Assembly (NCBI GenBank): GCA_029258885.1
Contig: JAPDJW010000010.1
Span: 1-64,000, forward strand
Origin: Thermoproteota archaeon
Lineage (GTDB): Archaea; Thermoproteota; Thermoprotei; Thermofilales; B9-G17
DNA length: 64,000 nucleotides
Reading direction: 5' to 3'
This document shows positions 60,463-64,000 of the stretch, in pieces (position 1 is the first letter of the stretch; every line of letters begins with the position of its first letter). The translations under genes were made by a program, and so were the position numbers. A model generated the notes under the pieces. It saw only the letters and a program-made list of their open reading frames with translations. It made no database searches and had not been told where the DNA came from.

Positions 60463-61239
60463 GGTGCTGACAACTTAAGTTTATTGGGAGGATCCGTAGC
60501 CTATAATGTATGGGCAACAAGCAACACAAGCTCTTTAGGAGACTACGGACCCCATTATGGATAATGCTCTACGCAATATATCTTTATCTCTCAGGACTAA
60601 GCCTAAGGCAAGTAGAGCGAACACTAAAGACAGCGGGAATAGATAGGAGCAGGGAAGCAGTTAGAAAATGGATACATAGGTTCGGAAGCCTAAGCCTGAA
60701 GCTACTTACACCGAAAGCTAGCAGAAGAATAGCCGTAGTCGATGAAACATGTATTAGGCTAGGACGGCAGAAAGCCTGGCTCTGGATTGCAGTAGACCCC
60801 TATAATAGGGCGTTCCTAGCCTTCCAGATAACTCCAGTACGCAACGTATGGACTGCATACAGCTTCCTAAGGAGGCTTAGGCGTAGACACGGCGTCAGGA
60901 TAGTCATTACGGATGGCGCTACCTGGTATCCCTCTGCAGCGTGTTGGGCTAGGCTTAGGCACGTAGTGCTTTCAGGCGGTATGAGGAGCTATGCTGAACG
61001 CCTCATTGAATGTTTGAAGGATAGGATGAAGGGCTTTGACGTTTGTTTCCCGCGTTTAAGCCTTAAGCGTTTTACTAGTGCTATTTCCTGGATTGGTGCC
61101 TGGCTTGCCTTCTACAATTACGTTAGAACTCATTTAAGCTTAGGTTTTCCGCCTTTAGGCTTAAAGCCGCTGGATGAGTTTGCTAGATTATGCTGGCTCG
61201 TATGTGAGGTGATGCATATTGCATAAAGTTGTCAGCACC
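60463..61239 (+). mobile_element. IS6-family insertion sequence (777 bp)
   Basis: Perfect 14-bp terminal IRs GGTGCTGACAACTT (60463..60476 and 61226..61239) enclosing the transposase; no target-site duplication seen. Confidence 0.92.
60510..61226 (+). CDS. IS6-family DDE transposase
   Basis: HTH GLSLRQV; D (VDET), D (ITDG), E (AER) triad; YN..R.H.SL. Confidence 0.92.
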   Translation: MGNKQHKLFRRLRTPLWIMLYAIYLYLSGLSLRQVERTLKTAGIDRSREAVRKWIHRFGSLSLKLLTPKASRRIAVVDETCIRLGRQKAWLWIAVDPYNRAFLAFQITPVRNVWTAYSFLRRLRRRHGVRIVITDGATWYPSAACWARLRHVVLSGGMRSYAERLIECLKDRMKGFDVCFPRLSLKRFTSAISWIGAWLAFYNYVRTHLSLGFPPLGLKPLDEFARLCWLVCEVMHIA

Positions 61240-61288
61240 AATTCTACTTACAAAAGACTTAATTTGATCTTATACCATATCTAAATTA

Positions 61289-61345
61289 GTGATGAACCTT
61301 GTAAGGGCGTAGCCGCTGGGCGATGAAGTACGCTGGAACTACTGA
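61289..61345 (+). ncRNA. Probable box C/D sRNA (degenerate D')
   Basis: C GTGATGA (61289), C'-like GCGATGA (61320), D CTGA (61342); 57 nt GC-rich patch; D' box not canonical. Confidence 0.5.
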
Positions 61346-61705
61346 TCCAGCTATAACGAAACCGAGGATTTAAAATACCTGAGGAATTTAGGGAGACTTA
61401 AAGAAGGAGCATGAGAACTTCTAACATCATAGTGCATGAAGAATCTAAAGGCTTCCCTAAGCATACTTCTAGCTCGCTCATGAGTTTATTTGAAATCAGG
61501 AGGATTTCAAGAAGCTAAAGCTTCTTTATGCTTGTTAAAGATATTTATTTTACAAGTGAAAGTATATCATCATCAAGAACATATTCGCTTAAACCGTTGG
61601 CATCCGTTGCTTCCTTGATCTTCACTTTCAGGGCTAGGTATAAGTTATTGAAGATGCAGGTTGTTACGAAAACTTATATAAATCTTTTTTAAGCAAATAA
61701 TTGCG

Positions 61706-61754
61706 GTGATGATTGAACTCCCCGCCTGATAATGATGAGGTTTCTGGTCGCTGA
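61706..61754 (+). ncRNA. Box C/D methylation guide sRNA
   Basis: C GTGATGA, guide TTGAACTCCCCGC, D' CTGA, spacer TA, C' ATGATGA, guide GGTTTCTGGTCG, D CTGA; all four boxes are consensus. Confidence 0.88.
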
Positions 61755-61769
61755 GAAAAATTCAGCGAC

Positions 61770-61812
61770 GTTCACACTATAAAAATAAGCTATCACAAAG
61801 ATTCGGCGGGTA
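61770..61812 (+). repeat. Left copy of 43-bp inverted repeat flanking the recombinase; contains TATA box
   Basis: GTTCACACTATAAAAATAAGCTATCACAAAGATTCGGCGGGTA; 38/43 identical to the reverse complement of 63135..63177. Confidence 0.9.
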
Positions 61813-61813
61813 C

Positions 61814-63016
61814 TTGTTGGATAGACGCCACACAACGATCCAGCGAGGCCCAGAAACAATACTAGAAAACTGGTATAGGCCAATTAAGCTCAAGACAGGG
61901 AAGATAAAGGAACTACCTCCTCCACCCGATGGTTCTAAGGAGTTTGCAGTCAAGTTCCTTGAATGGTTAAAGAGTAGAAGAGATTACTCTCCAAACTCTC
62001 TACACAGGTACCTAATAGCCCTTAGGAAGATCCTCTCTTGGCTAAATATACATGGAAAGTCCCTTGAGGAGATGACTTATGAGGACTACCTCAGAATGTA
62101 CTCCGATCTTAACGAACAAAAACTCCCCGAGAACGTTAAACTGATTCTGAAGTACCTATACGAGCTCACAGACGATGAAAAGTACCTGAAACTCTACAAC
62201 AAGATCCGGGTCAAGGAGAAGAAACAGAGAATGATTGATGTCCTCAACGAGGATCAAGTTCAGAGACTAATCGAGGCCTGTGGTAAAATCGATTTCGAGC
62301 TGAAAGTCCTAGTCGAAGTAGTCTACGAGGCTGGGGCTAGAGTAGGCGAAATCTTATCCCTGAAAAGAAAGGATATCGAGTTTGACGAGCATGGTGCTAA
62401 GATATACATAAGGAGGAGTAAGAGCGAGTTTAGAGTAGTAAGAGTAGTTCTCTATGCCACTGACTTACTAAAACTATGCGAGGGAAAAGATCCTGAAGAC
62501 TACATCTTCAGCTATGAATACAATAGATACTTAAAAAAGTTGACAAGAGCTTGGGCATTAGCAGAACTCCCACCTATCAAGAGAAAGTTCCATGTTCTAA
62601 GGCACAGCAGAGCTACCGAGCTATTAAGAAAACGCATATTCACGGAGCAGGAGATGATGAGGTGGTTCGGGTGGAAGACTAGGAAGATGATAGACGTGTA
62701 CAGCCACATCACCATGGAGGACGTGGAGGAGCGCTACCTATCACTCTACAACAGCAGTGAGCGTAAGGATTTAAGGCTGAGGAAAATCTGTACCCGCTGC
62801 GGTTTATCGATCAATGACAACTTCAATTTCTGTCCACGATGTGGCCAACCCCTGTCCTCAGAGGCCTCCCTAGAGAGGCTTTTGGAAGCTCATAAGAAGG
62901 AGAGCGAGGTGGAGGAGGCGAAGATATTACTCGACAAACTGCTCGACTTAGTGATGAGGAATCCAGAGCTTGTAAGAAATCTTCTCTCAGGAGACCTGCG
63001 GCAAGGTAAAGCTTAA
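61814..63016 (+). CDS. Tyrosine recombinase/integrase with C-terminal Zn ribbon (SNJ2-like architecture)
   Basis: R (GARVGE), K (RSKS), HxxR (HVLRHS), W (FGW), Y (VYSH); CTRCG...FCPRCG. Confidence 0.93.
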   Translation: MLDRRHTTIQRGPETILENWYRPIKLKTGKIKELPPPPDGSKEFAVKFLEWLKSRRDYSPNSLHRYLIALRKILSWLNIHGKSLEEMTYEDYLRMYSDLNEQKLPENVKLILKYLYELTDDEKYLKLYNKIRVKEKKQRMIDVLNEDQVQRLIEACGKIDFELKVLVEVVYEAGARVGEILSLKRKDIEFDEHGAKIYIRRSKSEFRVVRVVLYATDLLKLCEGKDPEDYIFSYEYNRYLKKLTRAWALAELPPIKRKFHVLRHSRATELLRKRIFTEQEMMRWFGWKTRKMIDVYSHITMEDVEERYLSLYNSSERKDLRLRKICTRCGLSINDNFNFCPRCGQPLSSEASLERLLEAHKKESEVEEAKILLDKLLDLVMRNPELVRNLLSGDLRQGKA

Positions 63017-63134
63017 CCCTATACTTGGAATCTCTCAACAGGGCTTCAATAACGTAACTCTTACCCAGCAATATACGTAGCCTATCGATTATACGCTTTA
63101 CACAGTCTATCTCCTCCGAATTTACTGTCACCAC
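62823..63134 (-). CDS. Short ORF behind the right inverted repeat, antisense to the integrase 3' end (coding status uncertain)
   Basis: GTG start immediately follows the right repeat, mirroring the integrase start; 194 nt overlap with the integrase. Confidence 0.3.
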   Translation of the reverse strand: MVTVNSEEIDCVKRIIDRLRILLGKSYVIEALLRDSKYRVKLYLAAGLLREDFLQALDSSSLSRAVCRVISSPPPPRSPSYELPKASLGRPLRTGVGHIVDRN

Positions 63135-63177
63135 TACCCGCTAAATCTTTGGGATACCTTATTTTTATAGTGTAAAC
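63135..63177 (-). repeat. Right copy of 43-bp inverted repeat; contains TATA box
   Basis: Minus strand GTTTACACTATAAAAATAAGGTATCCCAAAGATTTAGCGGGTA. Confidence 0.9.
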
Positions 63178-63316
63178 CACTGAGTCATGATCTTTATGCC
63201 CCTTACACTCTCAATTTCACATAAGTTGCTCTCTAAGTGCTTCTCTCCTATAATTTTATGCCCTCTTTCCACCTTACACCTAGGTACATCAGATCTCTAT
63301 GGTTTTTAATGTAGGC

Positions 63317-64000
63317 TTAATAAAGAACGGTTATATCTTCAGGAATACCAACGTTCTCATCGCTTGCAACTATCTGAGCATATCTATAACTAAGCCTTAG
63401 ATCTATTGGCATTCGTGTTCGTGGAGCATCAAGCATGTAAGGATAGAGTTTCGTTAACCAAAGTATGTCCCTTAGATCATTTTTTGTGAGGTCTGAGTCT
63501 TTGGGATACTCTAATGATACTTGTATGGGTCTAATTGCATGTCCGGGTACAGCGTATGGAGGTCTATGTGGGTAGTATCGCCATTTACCTGTAGTGTATA
63601 ATTGAGCTATTCTCCCAGGTTCTAGAAACCAGTATACTCCCACCTCAGGCCAAGCCCTACTAGCCTTTTCAATATTCATATATAGCCGCAATGGTGATGT
63701 CTGTTGTACTCTTACTATCTTTACATCATTAGATCCTTTATTTACTAAGACTTCGTATAGTAGTCTATGAAATCTTTTTGAATACAGGTCGGTTAGGTGT
63801 ACAACGACATTTTTACCCTTAACTTCTTTAGCTATAGAAAGAACTAATTGTATAAACTTATCCTCGCTTCCCTTATCACCTATGCTTAACATGCCTTTAG
63901 TTTCTTCATATATAAACAGTAACTTTCCATATACACTACTCTCATATTCACCCCAATTATTATACATTTGAAGTACAGCAATACCCGCTCTATATCTACC
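63317..64000 (-). CDS. Prokaryotic Argonaute, C-terminal PIWI domain (5'-truncated by window edge; probably non-catalytic)
   Basis: Frame is open to the window end (GRYRAGIAVLQMYNNWG...). PIWI-order motifs: VVHLTD, VQQTSPLRLY, PEVGVY, LYTTG, RPIQV, DILWLTKL, RMPIDL. Confidence 0.8.
   Translation of the reverse strand, partial: GRYRAGIAVLQMYNNWGEYESSVYGKLLFIYEETKGMLSIGDKGSEDKFIQLVLSIAKEVKGKNVVVHLTDLYSKRFHRLLYEVLVNKGSNDVKIVRVQQTSPLRLYMNIEKASRAWPEVGVYWFLEPGRIAQLYTTGKWRYYPHRPPYAVPGHAIRPIQVSLEYPKDSDLTKNDLRDILWLTKLYPYMLDAPRTRMPIDLRLSYRYAQIVASDENVGIPEDITVLY

Noticed and set aside
60450-61250. Target-site duplication around IS6
   Set aside because: Flanks (TGTTTAACT and AATTCTAC) do not match.
61700-61730. 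tRNA 3'-half (att site) on the minus strand suggested by GGGGAGTTCAA
   Set aside because: The flanks cannot form a T-stem, and the sequence is better explained as a C/D guide.
61689-61883. 64-aa minus-strand ORF
   Set aside because: Overlaps the consensus C/D sRNA, the left repeat and the integrase start; no motif.
120-62715. Numerous 60-170 aa ORFs antisense to or nested in longer genes (e.g. 999..1421, 17241..17753, 22910..23323, 42653..42973)
   Set aside because: Shadow ORFs fully overlapping well-supported genes, with no family motifs.
63193-63279. Short repeats TTTATGCCC and CTTACAC occurring twice between pAgo and the right IR
   Set aside because: Too short and irregular to support a call; could be recombinase arm sites but indistinguishable from chance without footprinting.
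1-64000. CRISPR array, rRNA or tRNA genes
   Set aside because: No regularly spaced 24-40 bp repeats and no cloverleaf or T-arm (GGTTCRAATCC) signature found by eye; a tRNAscan-SE/CRT run would be decisive.

Overview
Archaeal window, probably from a thermophilic TACK/Thermoproteota organism. This is inferred from archaeal-type families (V4R, HEPN/MNT, Pab87-like peptidase, archaeal IS6), several box C/D sRNAs and archaeal SD/TATA motifs. The left and central parts hold cell-envelope genes: secreted Ig/CARDB/MG-like proteins, GT2/GT4 and GT-C-like glycosyltransferases, nucleotide-sugar enzymes, a flippase and an AlkP-family protein. They also hold ABC transporters, Fe-S proteins, feoAB, pcp, dcd, an Hrq1/MrfA-like helicase and several toxin-antitoxin-like pairs, some decaying. 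Features missing from the ORF track include three canonical and one or two weaker box C/D sRNAs, a 58-aa CXXC membrane ORF, a frameshifted DUF2283-like antitoxin, a PHP stub and a multiply frameshifted ATPase-nuclease pseudogene. The most striking region is the last 3.5 kb. It contains an intact IS6 and two C/D sRNA candidates. Next comes a tyrosine recombinase gene bracketed by 43-bp inverted repeats (38/43 identical), each carrying an inward-facing TATA box just before a start codon. The window ends in the C-terminal PIWI domain of an apparently non-catalytic prokaryotic Argonaute that runs off the edge. A second candidate system is an operon of a membrane-anchored multi-OB-fold protein, a TctA-like permease and a membrane metal-dependent hydrolase, which may act in nucleic-acid uptake. 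No CRISPR array, tRNA or rRNA was found. All family calls are by motif recognition; no database searches were run.
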